From Candidatus Latescibacterota bacterium (lineage in GTDB: Bacteria; Latescibacterota; UBA2968; SICM01), in contig CBDCJO010000002.1 of the NCBI GenBank assembly GCA_965217865.1, positions 960,001 to 1,024,000 on the forward strand: DNA of 64,000 nucleotides, read 5' to 3'. A program made the translations under genes and the position numbers. Position 1 is the stretch's first letter, and each line of letters starts with the position of its first letter. Shown here in pieces: positions 9,297 to 19,651 of this stretch. The notes beneath the pieces are model-generated. The model worked only from the letters and a program-made list of their open reading frames with translations. It was not told where the DNA came from and ran no database searches.

Positions 9297-10526
9297 TTAA
9301 AAAATTCCTGTCACCAGATTTTTGAACCAACCCATCAGACCCCCTGCGGTCTTCGGAATTTCCGCGCCTCCGTTTCGGCCACGGACCCGGTGTGCGTATA
9401 GAATGAGACCAAGGCCAGTCGCGAAATCCGGGCGGTTGATGGAGTCGATCAGTCCACCGACGCCCTGTGGAAATCCCGCATTGACGGGCATATCGAACAC
9501 CTGTTCAGCAAGTTTCGCCATTCCCTCAAGGCTGGCTCCTCCACCCGTCAGGACAATACCTGCGGACAGAAGATCCGTGTATTCGGTACGCCGAATCTCT
9601 TTGAAAATAAGTGAAAAAATCTCCTCCATGCGGGATTCGATGATCGTTGCCAGTTCTCTCCGGGGGATCTGATAGGAAGGTCGTCCTGCTACTCCCGGAA
9701 CCGTGATTCTTTCATCTGACCCCACTTCGGATTGGAGGGCACAACCGTGATCTTGTTTGATCCGTTCAGCCTGCTGCCAGGGAGTTCTCAGGCCGATGGC
9801 TACATCGTTTGTAACATTTTGACCCCCCAACCCGATCACAGCGGTATGTCGAACGCTTCCTTCGTAGAAAACCGCCAGGTTGGTCGCACCGCCACCAATA
9901 TCCACGAGGGCGATTCCCATCTCCTGCTCATCGGGTGAGAGGACGGCATAACTGGTTCCGAGAGGTTCCAGGACGAGTTCCGCCACCTCGATGCCTGCAC
10001 GAGACACGCTTTTTAGAAGGTTCTGTATCGAAGTCACTGCACCTGTCACGATATGTACTTCGGCCTCGAGACGGACACCGGACATTCCGATCGGCTCTTT
10101 GATCCCGGGTTGTTCATCTACGATGAACTCCTGTGGGAGAACGTGGATGACCTGGCGGTCCGGAGGAATGGAGACGGCTCGCGCAGCGTCTATCACCCGA
10201 GTCTGATCGACGGCGGTGATCTCGTGGTCGGGCCCTGAAACGGCGATGACACCACGGCTGTTAATGCTTTTGATGTGTTCTCCGCCAATCCCGACGAATA
10301 CGGATTGGATTTTGACGCCAGCCATCAGTTCCGCTTCCTGGACGGCCCTCTGGATCGATTGCACGGTTTTCTCGACGTTGACGACCCGGCCTCGTCTCAT
10401 GCCCTCCGAGGGGCTGTTTCCAACGCCCACCACCCGGAGTTCGCCCACTTCATCGACCTCGGCAACGATCGCGGAAACCTTCGTGGAGCCAATGTCCAAT
10501 CCCACGATTAAATTATCTTTTGGCAT
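9297..10526 (-). CDS. ftsA: Cell division protein FtsA
   Basis: GLDIGSTKV, GMSGVRLEAEVH, VDIGGG, VLTGGGA; adjacent to ftsZ. Confidence 0.97.
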   Translation of the reverse strand: MPKDNLIVGLDIGSTKVSAIVAEVDEVGELRVVGVGNSPSEGMRRGRVVNVEKTVQSIQRAVQEAELMAGVKIQSVFVGIGGEHIKSINSRGVIAVSGPDHEITAVDQTRVIDAARAVSIPPDRQVIHVLPQEFIVDEQPGIKEPIGMSGVRLEAEVHIVTGAVTSIQNLLKSVSRAGIEVAELVLEPLGTSYAVLSPDEQEMGIALVDIGGGATNLAVFYEGSVRHTAVIGLGGQNVTNDVAIGLRTPWQQAERIKQDHGCALQSEVGSDERITVPGVAGRPSYQIPRRELATIIESRMEEIFSLIFKEIRRTEYTDLLSAGIVLTGGGASLEGMAKLAEQVFDMPVNAGFPQGVGGLIDSINRPDFATGLGLILYAHRVRGRNGGAEIPKTAGGLMGWFKNLVTGIF

Positions 10527-10616
10527 ATCTCCCTGTTTCCCCCTTTCGTTGAGCAGACCGTTTAGAGCTTCTTAAACACGGTCTATTTGATTCTCGTTTT
10601 CAAATCCCGTTGATTT

Positions 10617-11348
10617 TCACGACCCCTTCTTTGTGCGGCGTACGATCACCTGTCCATCGAACCTCAGGTCGATGAAGTCCGGCAATTCCGCCCACCCCGC
10701 CGCATCCGACCAGGCTCGAAGTTTCTCGGCCTGGCTCAAGACATCCCAGGGATTCATTCTTACCTCAAGTCCGTCACCCACCAGGTTGATCCTGACCATG
10801 TCCTGTCCAGGGCGGACCTCAGAGATCTGATCCCAGAGTTCCGGGGCATCACCCCGGGTCTCATTCAGGAGATCCAGACAGGATAGAAGCTCCGGTTCTG
10901 AAACCGCCCGCCCAAGGGTATAGTTTCCTCCCAGTTGGACCCCAGTTATGACGGGTAGGTCGACGAATGTGGAGTAAAACGGGAGCAGGATGCCCTCCTC
11001 GTCGATACCGCAGAGAACTTCCAGATTGACCAGGGCGATCGGTGTTCGCTCAACGATGGTGATCAGCACCCCATCAGGGGGATAGCGAACGATCCTGGCG
11101 TTCCTGACCATCGGATGGGTTTCGATGCGTGAGACGACTTTATTCAGGTCCACCTCGTACAGGTTGGTTTCAGCGGAGATGCCTGACAGGACGGAAATCT
11201 CGTCCGGATCCAGCAGGGATAGCCCCTCGAAAGCGATGTGTTCCACCCGAAACAAGGGGGAACCCGTGATGGACGGACCCGCGTTTAAGGTAAACAGGGG
11301 CACCACAATAACAGCAACGAATGCGATCGCTATAAATCGGTTTGACAA
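10617..11348 (-). CDS. ftsQ: Cell division protein FtsQ/DivIB
   Basis: TM segment, POTRA-like region (P.V..A.I.R..P....I.IVER.P), C-terminal IDLRF; upstream of ftsA. Confidence 0.88.
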   Translation of the reverse strand: MSNRFIAIAFVAVIVVPLFTLNAGPSITGSPLFRVEHIAFEGLSLLDPDEISVLSGISAETNLYEVDLNKVVSRIETHPMVRNARIVRYPPDGVLITIVERTPIALVNLEVLCGIDEEGILLPFYSTFVDLPVITGVQLGGNYTLGRAVSEPELLSCLDLLNETRGDAPELWDQISEVRPGQDMVRINLVGDGLEVRMNPWDVLSQAEKLRAWSDAAGWAELPDFIDLRFDGQVIVRRTKKGS

Positions 11349-11407
11349 GATAAAGCCTTACCGTAAGGATCCGACTTAAAAGGACGAAAGTTGATTTTGA
11401 ATAAATC

Positions 11408-12322
11408 TTACGGGGGTACACCTACGACCCGGATCTCGGTCTCGAGTTCGACCCCCTCGTGCATTCTGACACGATCTCTGACGCGGTCAATGAGGATTAG
11501 GACGTCCTCCGCCGTAGCCTTTCCACGGTTTACCATGAAGTTAGCGTGAAGGTCTGAAACGACGGCCCCGCCCTGACTGACACCCTTGCATCCCGCCATG
11601 TCGATCAAAAGGCCGGCGGATTTTCCGAGAGGATTCTTGAAAATACATCCCGCGTTTCGTTCATATAACGGTTGCGTGGTTTTCCGCCGGCTCAAGATCT
11701 CCTCCATCCGGACTTCGATCTCCCCGGGTACGTCCGGTTTGCACTCGAAAGTTCCTGAAAGGATTAAATGCCTTGACGGAAGGTCGAAGCTCCTGTAGCC
11801 GTATTTGAGATCGGATTTTTTCATCTGGATTGAATCCCCGGTATTCATCTCGAGGGCGTCTATACTCAGGATCCGGTCGAATGTCTCTCCCCCAAAAGCC
11901 CCTGCATTTCCGCGAATCGCTCCGCCCACGGTACCTGGGATACTACACGCGAATTCCATACCCCCCAGGCCCGTCCTCTGACAACGTCGGGAGAGGACGG
12001 AGAGACTGGCCCCGGCCTGGGCAGAGGCAATTTCACGATCAAAGGAGATTGCCCGGAATCCTTTTGTCATGCAGAGAAACGCTCCGCGCCATCCGGCATC
12101 TGGGACCAGAAGGTTCGTCCCGTCGCCCAAGGGAAGAATCGGTATGTCACGGGAAACAAGAAGTTTGCATAACTCCCGGATATCCTCCGACCCGGTGGGA
12201 TATATCAGTGCATCGGCCGGGCCTCCGACGCCGATGGAGGTATGCCGGGCCATGGGTTCATCGAACCGGATATTTCCTCGACATATCCTACGCAATTCAT
12301 CCTTAAGCCTTTCGTCCATCAT
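11408..12322 (-). CDS. murB: UDP-N-acetylenolpyruvoylglucosamine reductase
   Basis: HTSIGVGGPA, G.GTNLL, IPGTVGGA..NAGA, FKNP, HANF. Confidence 0.95.
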   Translation of the reverse strand: MMDERLKDELRRICRGNIRFDEPMARHTSIGVGGPADALIYPTGSEDIRELCKLLVSRDIPILPLGDGTNLLVPDAGWRGAFLCMTKGFRAISFDREIASAQAGASLSVLSRRCQRTGLGGMEFACSIPGTVGGAIRGNAGAFGGETFDRILSIDALEMNTGDSIQMKKSDLKYGYRSFDLPSRHLILSGTFECKPDVPGEIEVRMEEILSRRKTTQPLYERNAGCIFKNPLGKSAGLLIDMAGCKGVSQGGAVVSDLHANFMVNRGKATAEDVLILIDRVRDRVRMHEGVELETEIRVVGVPP

Positions 12323-12398
12323 TGGAACTCGGGCCGATCCTGCCCCGTATTTCTCATTGAAAGGTTGCCAATAGATTCGTCGGTATTTTCCCGCGCTT

Positions 12399-13763
12399 TC
12401 ATAGCCGTTCCAGCAGACCCTCTCCCGCGATTCGGATGTCCCCAGCTCCCATCACAACGACGAGATCTCCGGGATGCAAACGTCCCGAGAGTTCCCCGGG
12501 GACTTCAGCCATGTCCGACGTATAGACCGCATTCGTTGCTCCCGCAGCCGTCGCGGCCTCCACGATCAGTTCTCCGGTGATTCCTTCGACCGGAGATTCC
12601 CTCGCCGCAAACACACCGGTTACCACGATCAGGTCGGCCACACAAAGGGCTTTGCCGAAGGCGGAGGCAAAGTCCCGTGTGCGGGAGTAAAGATGGGGCT
12701 GAAAGACTGCGATGAGTCGATTCGGGCATAAGGACCGGGCGGTATCGAGGGTTGCCGTAATCTCGGTTGGATGATGTGCATAGTCATCAATGACCGTGAT
12801 TCCCTTTTTTTGGCCCAGAGTCTCAAACCTTCTTTCAACCCCTGTGAAGGATTCAAGTGCGTTTTTGATTGAAGTGAAATCGACCCCGATTTCCAAGGCC
12901 ACCGTTGTCGCGGCAAGGGCATTTTTGACATTGTGGACACCCGGACATCGAAGCCGGATGTCTCCAATCTCGGTTCCTTTTAGGAAAACCTTAAACCATG
13001 AACCTGAACCCATCAGGGACAGATCTCTTCCCGAAACTTCGACTTCGGATGGCAGGCCGCAGGTGACCACCCGGGGGGTTACACGATTGCGTAATGTGCG
13101 GACGGTGGGGTCATCAACGCAAAGGACAACAAAATCATTGACCTGATTCACAAATTCTTCATATGCCTGAACTATGTCTTGAAGATCCCTGTAGGTGTCT
13201 AGATGTTCCATCTCAATCGAGGTGATCACGGCGATCTCAGGGTGGAGATTCAGGAAAGATCGATCGAATTCATCGGCCTCGGATACAAAGTAGCTTCCGG
13301 TCCCCATCCGTGCGTTTCCTCCGATCTCCGAAACCTTTCCGCCAACCATCACGACAGGATCCAAGCCCGCTCCGATCAGCGCGCTTGCGGTCATGGCGGT
13401 GGTTGTCGTCTTACCGTGTGTCCCGGTGATGGCGATCCCCTTTTTCCCCTCCATCATCACCCCCAAGGCAACCGCCCGGTTCATAACGGGAATGCCAAAC
13501 CGCCGTGCTTCGGCGATTTCCGGGTTGTCTTCCCGCACGGCGGCTGTCAGGATGACAAGATCAGCACCTTGAACGTTGTCCGGGTGATGTCCTTCGAAGA
13601 CTTTGATGCCCTCCGCCCGGAGGTCCCGAAGGGTTTCTGACGGCTCTCTGTCGGAGCCGGATACGAAGCATCCCCTTGCGGCAAGGAGCCGGGCCATCCC
13701 GCTCATGCCCACCCCACCAATCCCTGCGAAATGGACGCGACGCCCTGGTTCGAACAGGTTCAT
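12399..13763 (-). CDS. murC: UDP-N-acetylmuramate--L-alanine ligase
   Basis: GIGGVGMSG, GTHGKTTTT, EADE, DDYAHHPTE, FQPH, MGAG. Start could be 13811. Confidence 0.96.
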   Translation of the reverse strand: MNLFEPGRRVHFAGIGGVGMSGMARLLAARGCFVSGSDREPSETLRDLRAEGIKVFEGHHPDNVQGADLVILTAAVREDNPEIAEARRFGIPVMNRAVALGVMMEGKKGIAITGTHGKTTTTAMTASALIGAGLDPVVMVGGKVSEIGGNARMGTGSYFVSEADEFDRSFLNLHPEIAVITSIEMEHLDTYRDLQDIVQAYEEFVNQVNDFVVLCVDDPTVRTLRNRVTPRVVTCGLPSEVEVSGRDLSLMGSGSWFKVFLKGTEIGDIRLRCPGVHNVKNALAATTVALEIGVDFTSIKNALESFTGVERRFETLGQKKGITVIDDYAHHPTEITATLDTARSLCPNRLIAVFQPHLYSRTRDFASAFGKALCVADLIVVTGVFAARESPVEGITGELIVEAATAAGATNAVYTSDMAEVPGELSGRLHPGDLVVVMGAGDIRIAGEGLLERL

Positions 13764-13807
13764 AGCATTTTTCAGCATCCAGCAATGAGGCTGAGCGCTG
13801 AACAGAT

Positions 13808-14920
13808 TCACGATTGAATCAATCTCATCAACTGCAGGGTGTCGACGATTCGGCTTGCGGCGTCAGGGACGCCGAAGGCCTGCATCCGGGATGCCATATC
13901 TCGAATTACCGCCGGATCGTCCAACAGATTTTGGACGACCGTTGCAAGGCGATCTCCGTCGAGTTCACCTTGGGGGATCATCCTGGCGGCCCCCCCTTTC
14001 ACGAGTGCGGAGGCATTCTTTGTTTGATGGTCGGCCGCCGCGCTCGGAAGCGGAATTAACACAGCGGGGAGGCCGCAACGGGTCAATTCAGCGATGGTCG
14101 TGGCACCCGCTCGTGTGATTGCAAGATCGGCTGCAGCGAATGCCGCGGCAACGTCGTCGATGAACGAAACGGCCGTCACCCGCTCGCTGTGAGGGCGGGC
14201 TTCTTTTTGGACCCTCTCGAAGTCGAGCTTGCCCGTCTGCCAGAGCACTTGAAGCCGGCGGCCTTCTAAAAGCATCCGAAGGGCTTCTCCGACGGCCAGG
14301 TTGATGCTGCGCGCTCCCTGGCTACCGCAAAAGATCAGAAGGGTGGTTATGTCCGGCTCGAGGTTCAGTCGAATTCGGGCTTCGGCCTGATCGCACGAGC
14401 CGATCTCCATCCGGGTCGGGTTTCCGCTGACGTGGCTTATTTTACTCCGGAAAAACCGAATCGACGATGGAAAGGCCAGGTGTACCTGTACGGCCATTCG
14501 GGAAAGGATCCGGTTCGTTAATCCCGGAAGGAGATTCTGTTCCTGGACGACAAGCGGTATAGACCGAAGCCATGCTGCGATTCCGGCAGGTCCGCTGACA
14601 TATCCGCCCGTGCAGATCACAAGGGCTGGTCGAAATCGTTCGACCAGCAAGAGACTTTGGATCAATCCTGCAAAAAGGAGAAAGGGAAACCGTAACAAGT
14701 CGATACTAAACGAACGCCTGAGACCGATTACAGGTATAGGAATCAAGGGGTAACCGGCTCGGGGCACGAGCCTCATCTCAAGTCCGTGGACTGTCCCAAC
14801 AAACCTGATATCGGCGTCGGCGAATCGGTTGCGAATTTCATCCGCAATCGCAATAGCCGGGGAAGTGTGACCCCCCGTCCCACCCCCGGCCATCAGAACA
14901 CGAATTCCCATCGGGTTCAT
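13808..14920 (-). CDS. murG: Lipid II GlcNAc transferase MurG
   Basis: GGGTGGH, TGGYVSGP, EQN, GNP, GSQGA, RAGA, HQ..NA. Confidence 0.96.
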   Translation of the reverse strand: MNPMGIRVLMAGGGTGGHTSPAIAIADEIRNRFADADIRFVGTVHGLEMRLVPRAGYPLIPIPVIGLRRSFSIDLLRFPFLLFAGLIQSLLLVERFRPALVICTGGYVSGPAGIAAWLRSIPLVVQEQNLLPGLTNRILSRMAVQVHLAFPSSIRFFRSKISHVSGNPTRMEIGSCDQAEARIRLNLEPDITTLLIFCGSQGARSINLAVGEALRMLLEGRRLQVLWQTGKLDFERVQKEARPHSERVTAVSFIDDVAAAFAAADLAITRAGATTIAELTRCGLPAVLIPLPSAAADHQTKNASALVKGGAARMIPQGELDGDRLATVVQNLLDDPAVIRDMASRMQAFGVPDAASRIVDTLQLMRLIQS

Positions 14921-16098
14921 GGCCCATTAGTAAGATTCCGTGGGGGTCTCACCGGGGAGGTCCAATCGAGTCTTCCGGATACGGGGGTCAGCAGCCTGGG
15001 AGGGCTGGTGCCCTGCCTTGCCACGTTCAGCAGGATGCCGACGCCGATCAATGTTAAAATGAGCGATGAGCCGCCGTAGCTGATGAAGGGGAGGGGGAGG
15101 CCGGTGGTTGGGAGGACCGCGGTGACGACCCCGATGTTGAGTAGGGCATATATGAGAACGAGGGACGTGATTCCAACCCCAAGCAGGAATCCGTGAAAGT
15201 CCGGGGCGCGGCTGGAGATCCTGAAGCCGATTAAACCAAACATTAAAAACAAAGTAACCACTGTGACCGTGCCTATGGCCCCCCATTCTTCTCCGAGGAT
15301 GGAGAAGACAAAATCCGTGTGAGGATCCGGCAGGAAGAGAAACTTCTGATGGCTGTTGCCCAGTCCCACTCCGGTGATACCGCCGGAGGCGATTCCCACG
15401 AGGGACTGTGTAATCTGATAGCTTTTTCCCTGAATGTGCTCACTCCTGCTGAGGAATGCTTCGATGCGGTCCTTGCGGTATCCGACCCAGAATATCATGG
15501 CATACAAGATCGGCAAGGCAGCCAGGGCGGAGCCAGCCATGTATCGAAACCTCACTCCCGAGATGAGCATCATAAGGCCAACCACGATACTCAAACCCAC
15601 AGCCATTCCGAAGTCAGGTTGAAGAATGATCAAACCCAGGACGACGATCACAATCGTCGCGTGATGGAGGAATTCTCGGAGATCCCGGGCGAGAGGATCC
15701 CGACCGGATAGGGATTTTGCCATATAGAGGACAAGGATCAGCTTTATGAGCTCCGATGGCTGGAAGGAGATCGAAGCGATATTTAGCCAGCGGTGTGCAC
15801 CCCGAATGTCACTTCCGGATATTAGCTTTTGAAGAAGAACCGCGATGAGAAGACAAAGTCCGAAGACGAACAGAGGTCTGGCAAGCCTTGCCCAGATCTG
15901 GTAGTTGATCCGCATGACCAAGATCATCAGGAGCAGAGAGAGCCCTGCGCGCAATAACCATCTGTTTAGAAAAAAACTGCTGCTCTCGAAACGCATTTCA
16001 CCCAGCACCGAGCTGGCGCTGTAGATCATGACGGTTCCGATGCTGACAAGGGAAAGGGTGATTATCAGGAGGGATATATCCAGCCTGGATCCACGCAT
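14917..16098 (-). CDS. ftsW: SEDS peptidoglycan polymerase FtsW
   Basis: MIYSAS, GAHRW, FQPSE, QPDFG, HTDF, PTTG.PLPFISYGGSS. Confidence 0.95.
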   Translation of the reverse strand: MRGSRLDISLLIITLSLVSIGTVMIYSASSVLGEMRFESSSFFLNRWLLRAGLSLLLMILVMRINYQIWARLARPLFVFGLCLLIAVLLQKLISGSDIRGAHRWLNIASISFQPSELIKLILVLYMAKSLSGRDPLARDLREFLHHATIVIVVLGLIILQPDFGMAVGLSIVVGLMMLISGVRFRYMAGSALAALPILYAMIFWVGYRKDRIEAFLSRSEHIQGKSYQITQSLVGIASGGITGVGLGNSHQKFLFLPDPHTDFVFSILGEEWGAIGTVTVVTLFLMFGLIGFRISSRAPDFHGFLLGVGITSLVLIYALLNIGVVTAVLPTTGLPLPFISYGGSSLILTLIGVGILLNVARQGTSPPRLLTPVSGRLDWTSPVRPPRNLTNGP

Positions 16099-16127
16099 CG
16101 GGGTCTGATCCTTCGAAAATAGGCCAT

Positions 16128-16537
16128 CTAACCGGCTGACACTTTTATAGCATTAGAATCGATCATCTCGGTTCCCAATCGGTCCAGACTCTGCTGATAC
16201 GCTCGATTCTGCATCAGGAGACGCCGGTGATTTATGGCTCGGCGCACAGCCGTTCCGAAATCAACCAGTTCGAATGGTTTGAGGATAAAGTCGTATATCC
16301 CGACACAGGTCGGTCGGGGTCTGCCACTAACGATTTTCTTGCAAGTTCCAGTCCGTTCATTCCGGGCATTTTAAAATCTGTGATCACCAGATCGAACAAC
16401 CCGTTTTGATCCAACCGTGTTAGGGCCTCCTCTCCGCTGAGGGCGGAAGAGGTCTGATATCCCCTCGTATTGAGGTAGCAGACGACCAGATCTCGCACCC
16501 CGATATCGTCATCCACAACGAGTATATTTCCGATCAT
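16128..16537 (-). pseudogene. Response regulator receiver domain, internally deleted and frameshifted
   Basis: The first frame gives ILVVDDD...DLVITDFKMPGMNGLEL...DPDRPV; a second frame continues VGIYDFILKPFELVDFGTAVRRA... to TAG at 16128-16130; the beta4-alpha4 segment is missing. AGGAG RBS. Confidence 0.8.
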
Positions 16538-16660
16538 GATTGTCTCCTGGAAATTTGGCCAGGAAGCGGGGGATTCTGTGGCCGGGTTTCTGACCTGGGA
16601 AGTAATAGAGAAACAGGTTCCTGTCGTCTGGTTTATACGAAACCTGGTATCGGACGGTTC

Positions 16661-18043
16661 TTACAAGGGGATGTCTGAGATAACCTCCTCCATCCTCATC
16701 CCTCGGGAACCTTTGACGAGGAGAAGGTCGCCGGGTTGAAGGGTCTCGGCAAGGGCATGAGCAAGTTCAGTTTTGTCCGTGAAGTGACGGGCGCGTTCTC
16801 CAAGACCAATGGCCCCTTTGTTGATTTCGGCTGCAAGGGGACCGAACGTGAAGAGGAGGTCGATGCCCTTCGCCTTCGCGAATGTCCCAATCTCTCGGTG
16901 TAACCCCGGGGCTTCGCTTCCGAGTTCCAGCATGTCACCCAAACAGGCGATTCGCCTTCCCTCTTCCCCAACTTGGATTGAGACCAAAGTTTCAATGGCC
17001 GCCCGCATAGAGGTGGGGTTTGCATTGTATGCGTCGTTCAAGATAAAAACCCCGCCGCGTGTCTGGATCACGCCCCGCATCGCGGCGGGTTGATAGGCCT
17101 CGATCGCCGAGGCCGCGTCTTCCACTGAGATGTCGAACGCATAGCCGACGGCTGCTGCCGCCAATGCGTTGTAAACGTTGTGACGGCCGGGGATTCTAAG
17201 ATTAATTTTTCGGCCCTGCAGAGAGAAATGGCCGCAACCTACCTGGTCAAGGACAAGTCCCTCCCCACGGAACTGACATATCTGCTCGATGCCAAAGCCT
17301 AGGAGTCTCCCCTTGATTTTGTTTTGCTCCTTGGCTAACCACAGGTCATCGAGATTCAAGATAGTCGTCGAAGACTCGTCCAGATAACCCAGGATTTCCC
17401 CTTTGGCTTTGGCCACTCCCTCTACAGAGCCTAAATACTCTAAATGAGATGGTCCAACATTTGTGATTAAGCCGACGTTCGGATCGGCCACTTGGCAGAG
17501 GGTTGTGAGACCCGCCGCCTCGCTGATGCCCAACTCCAGGACTGCGATCTGGTGCCTGGAGGATAAGCGGAATAACGTAAGCGGAACGCCCTGCCTGCTG
17601 TTTAGATTCCCCTCGGTCTTAAGAATGCGGTAACGGGTCGATAGAACTGCGGCTGCGATTTCTTTGACCGTGGTCTTTCCCGTGCTTCCCGTAATTCCAA
17701 CAACCGGGATGCGGAAATTTTTCCGGTAAGCCCGACCGATGTCTGACATCGCCTGTTCCGGGTCCTCGACCAGAATCATCGTCCCGGTCGGTCGATCTTC
17801 CCCGCGAAGGCCTTCAAACCAAAGTCGGGAAACGACCGAGCAAGGGGCCCCTTTTGAGAAAGCCGATTCTACGAACTCATGCCCATCGGTTCGAGTCCCC
17901 TTCAGGGCAAAGAAGATCTCACCAGACGATATCGTTCGTGTGTCGATGGAGGCCCCGGTCGGTTGAAAATCCGGGGGACAACCACCGGCCACCAGATGGC
18001 CACCGGAGGCCTCGGCGATGTCTCCGAGGGGAAAGTGTTCCAT
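16661..18043 (-). CDS. murF: UDP-MurNAc-tripeptide--D-Ala-D-Ala ligase
   Basis: IDTR, DGH.F, ITGSTGKTTVKE, DAYNANP.SM, GDMLELG, VKGSRG. Confidence 0.96.
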   Translation of the reverse strand: MEHFPLGDIAEASGGHLVAGGCPPDFQPTGASIDTRTISSGEIFFALKGTRTDGHEFVESAFSKGAPCSVVSRLWFEGLRGEDRPTGTMILVEDPEQAMSDIGRAYRKNFRIPVVGITGSTGKTTVKEIAAAVLSTRYRILKTEGNLNSRQGVPLTLFRLSSRHQIAVLELGISEAAGLTTLCQVADPNVGLITNVGPSHLEYLGSVEGVAKAKGEILGYLDESSTTILNLDDLWLAKEQNKIKGRLLGFGIEQICQFRGEGLVLDQVGCGHFSLQGRKINLRIPGRHNVYNALAAAAVGYAFDISVEDAASAIEAYQPAAMRGVIQTRGGVFILNDAYNANPTSMRAAIETLVSIQVGEEGRRIACLGDMLELGSEAPGLHREIGTFAKAKGIDLLFTFGPLAAEINKGAIGLGERARHFTDKTELAHALAETLQPGDLLLVKGSRGMRMEEVISDIPL

Positions 18044-18143
18044 TTTTCAAGCAAACATAGCACACGGGATTGGACCTACGAAGCTCTCACCCACATAGCG
18101 TTTTGTATTATGGAAAAAGCCCCTTATCGCCCCTTGGTCTGTC

Positions 18144-19619
18144 TCAAGATGAACCCGCTTGGGATACATCTTGAAGGGCCTCGCGGACCACCTGGCGATC
18201 GTCAAAGCGTATCCTGGCTGTACCGATTTCCTGATAACTCTCATCGCCTTTTCCCGCAATCAGGACGACATCGCTTCGCTGGGCGACTTCAATCGCCCGA
18301 TAGATGGCTTTGCGCCGGTCCGGGATGACCTCGGCCACCCCTTTTGTGGTTCCCGTCAGGATCTCTGCGATAATGGTATCGGGATCCTCTGTACGGGGAT
18401 TGTCGGAAGTCACGATGACGGCGTCCGACAAATCCTCCGCCAACTTGCCCATCAGGGGCCTTTTTCCTCTGTCCCGGTCTCCTCCGCAGCCGAACACACA
18501 GATCAACCTGCCAGCGGTGAGCCCCCTGGCCGCGGTGAGAACTTTTTCAAGGGCATCGGGTTTATGAGCATAATCCACGAGGACTGCGAAGGGTTGTCCG
18601 GCCTCTACGGACTCAAACCGGCCGGGCACGTGTACGTTCAAGAGGCCCTCCCGGATGTGATCGAGATCGATACCAAGAGCTAATCCGGTTGCAACACCGG
18701 CCAAGAGATTGGCGATATTGAAAACCCCTTTGAGATTCGACCGGAGCTCCAGGTCCCCAACCCGAGTTGCCACCTCCATCCGAGTGCCCTTCCAATCGGT
18801 GGTGTAACTGTCGGGCCGCACCTGAGCATCCAGGGCAAGCCCATAAGTGATCACGGAAGCCCGCGTACGTCTTGCGAGCTCCGCGGAAGCTGGATCATCC
18901 GCATTCAGTATCGCGTATGCTCCGGATTCAGATCTGAGATTTTCAAAGAGCCGCGCCTTTGCTTCGAAGTAGGCACGCTGCGTTTTGTGAAAGTTCAGAT
19001 GGTCTCTGGTCAGGTTTGTGAAAACGGCTGCTCTAAAGTCTATACCATAAACCCGGTCGAGGGCTAAGGCGTGGGAAGTGGTCTCCATGACCACCGCCCT
19101 GTCGCCTTTTTCAATCATCCGCCTGAGGATCTGGCATACTTCGTGGGCAAAAGGGGTCGTATTTTGGGCCGGTTGAACTTCTCCTCCAACGACATTTTGA
19201 TGGGTCCCGATCCGACCTGCCCGATACCCGGCGCTATCGAGAATCGACTTGATCAGATAGGTTGTGGTGGTCTTACCGCTGGTACCCGTCACTCCGATCG
19301 GGATGAGTTCCCGCCAAGGTTCCCCGTAATAGCGCTGCGCAAGGAGGGCAAGTGCCCGACGGGAATTCAGCACCTGGATCTTGACCGCCGGCCCCGTCGA
19401 AAGGTCGTCCTCCAAGACGACGGCGGATGCCCCGTGTGCGACCGCGTCCGGTATGAAAGGGTGCCGATCCTTCTCTTCCCCGCCCCGAATGGCTACGAAC
19501 AGATCCCCGGGGCCAATTCGGCGGGAGTCGACGCTGATGTTCCGGATCTCGACCCTCTGATCTCCCTGAACGACTGCGTCGGGCAAGGCGGTCAGAAGGT
19601 CCTGAAGTCTCATTTCCAA
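18144..19619 (-). CDS. murE: UDP-MurNAc-dipeptide--meso-DAP ligase
   Basis: GVTGTSGKTTT, TNLTRDHL, DYAH, FGCGGDRD, DNPR (mDAP-type), AGKG. Confidence 0.96.
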   Translation of the reverse strand: MEMRLQDLLTALPDAVVQGDQRVEIRNISVDSRRIGPGDLFVAIRGGEEKDRHPFIPDAVAHGASAVVLEDDLSTGPAVKIQVLNSRRALALLAQRYYGEPWRELIPIGVTGTSGKTTTTYLIKSILDSAGYRAGRIGTHQNVVGGEVQPAQNTTPFAHEVCQILRRMIEKGDRAVVMETTSHALALDRVYGIDFRAAVFTNLTRDHLNFHKTQRAYFEAKARLFENLRSESGAYAILNADDPASAELARRTRASVITYGLALDAQVRPDSYTTDWKGTRMEVATRVGDLELRSNLKGVFNIANLLAGVATGLALGIDLDHIREGLLNVHVPGRFESVEAGQPFAVLVDYAHKPDALEKVLTAARGLTAGRLICVFGCGGDRDRGKRPLMGKLAEDLSDAVIVTSDNPRTEDPDTIIAEILTGTTKGVAEVIPDRRKAIYRAIEVAQRSDVVLIAGKGDESYQEIGTARIRFDDRQVVREALQDVSQAGSS

Positions 19620-19651
19620 TCATCCAATCCCTCCCACTCCCGATGAGCCTT

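Noticed and set aside
18047-18259. 70-aa ORF between murE and murF
   Set aside because: More than half overlaps murE out of frame and it shows no mraY or other similarity
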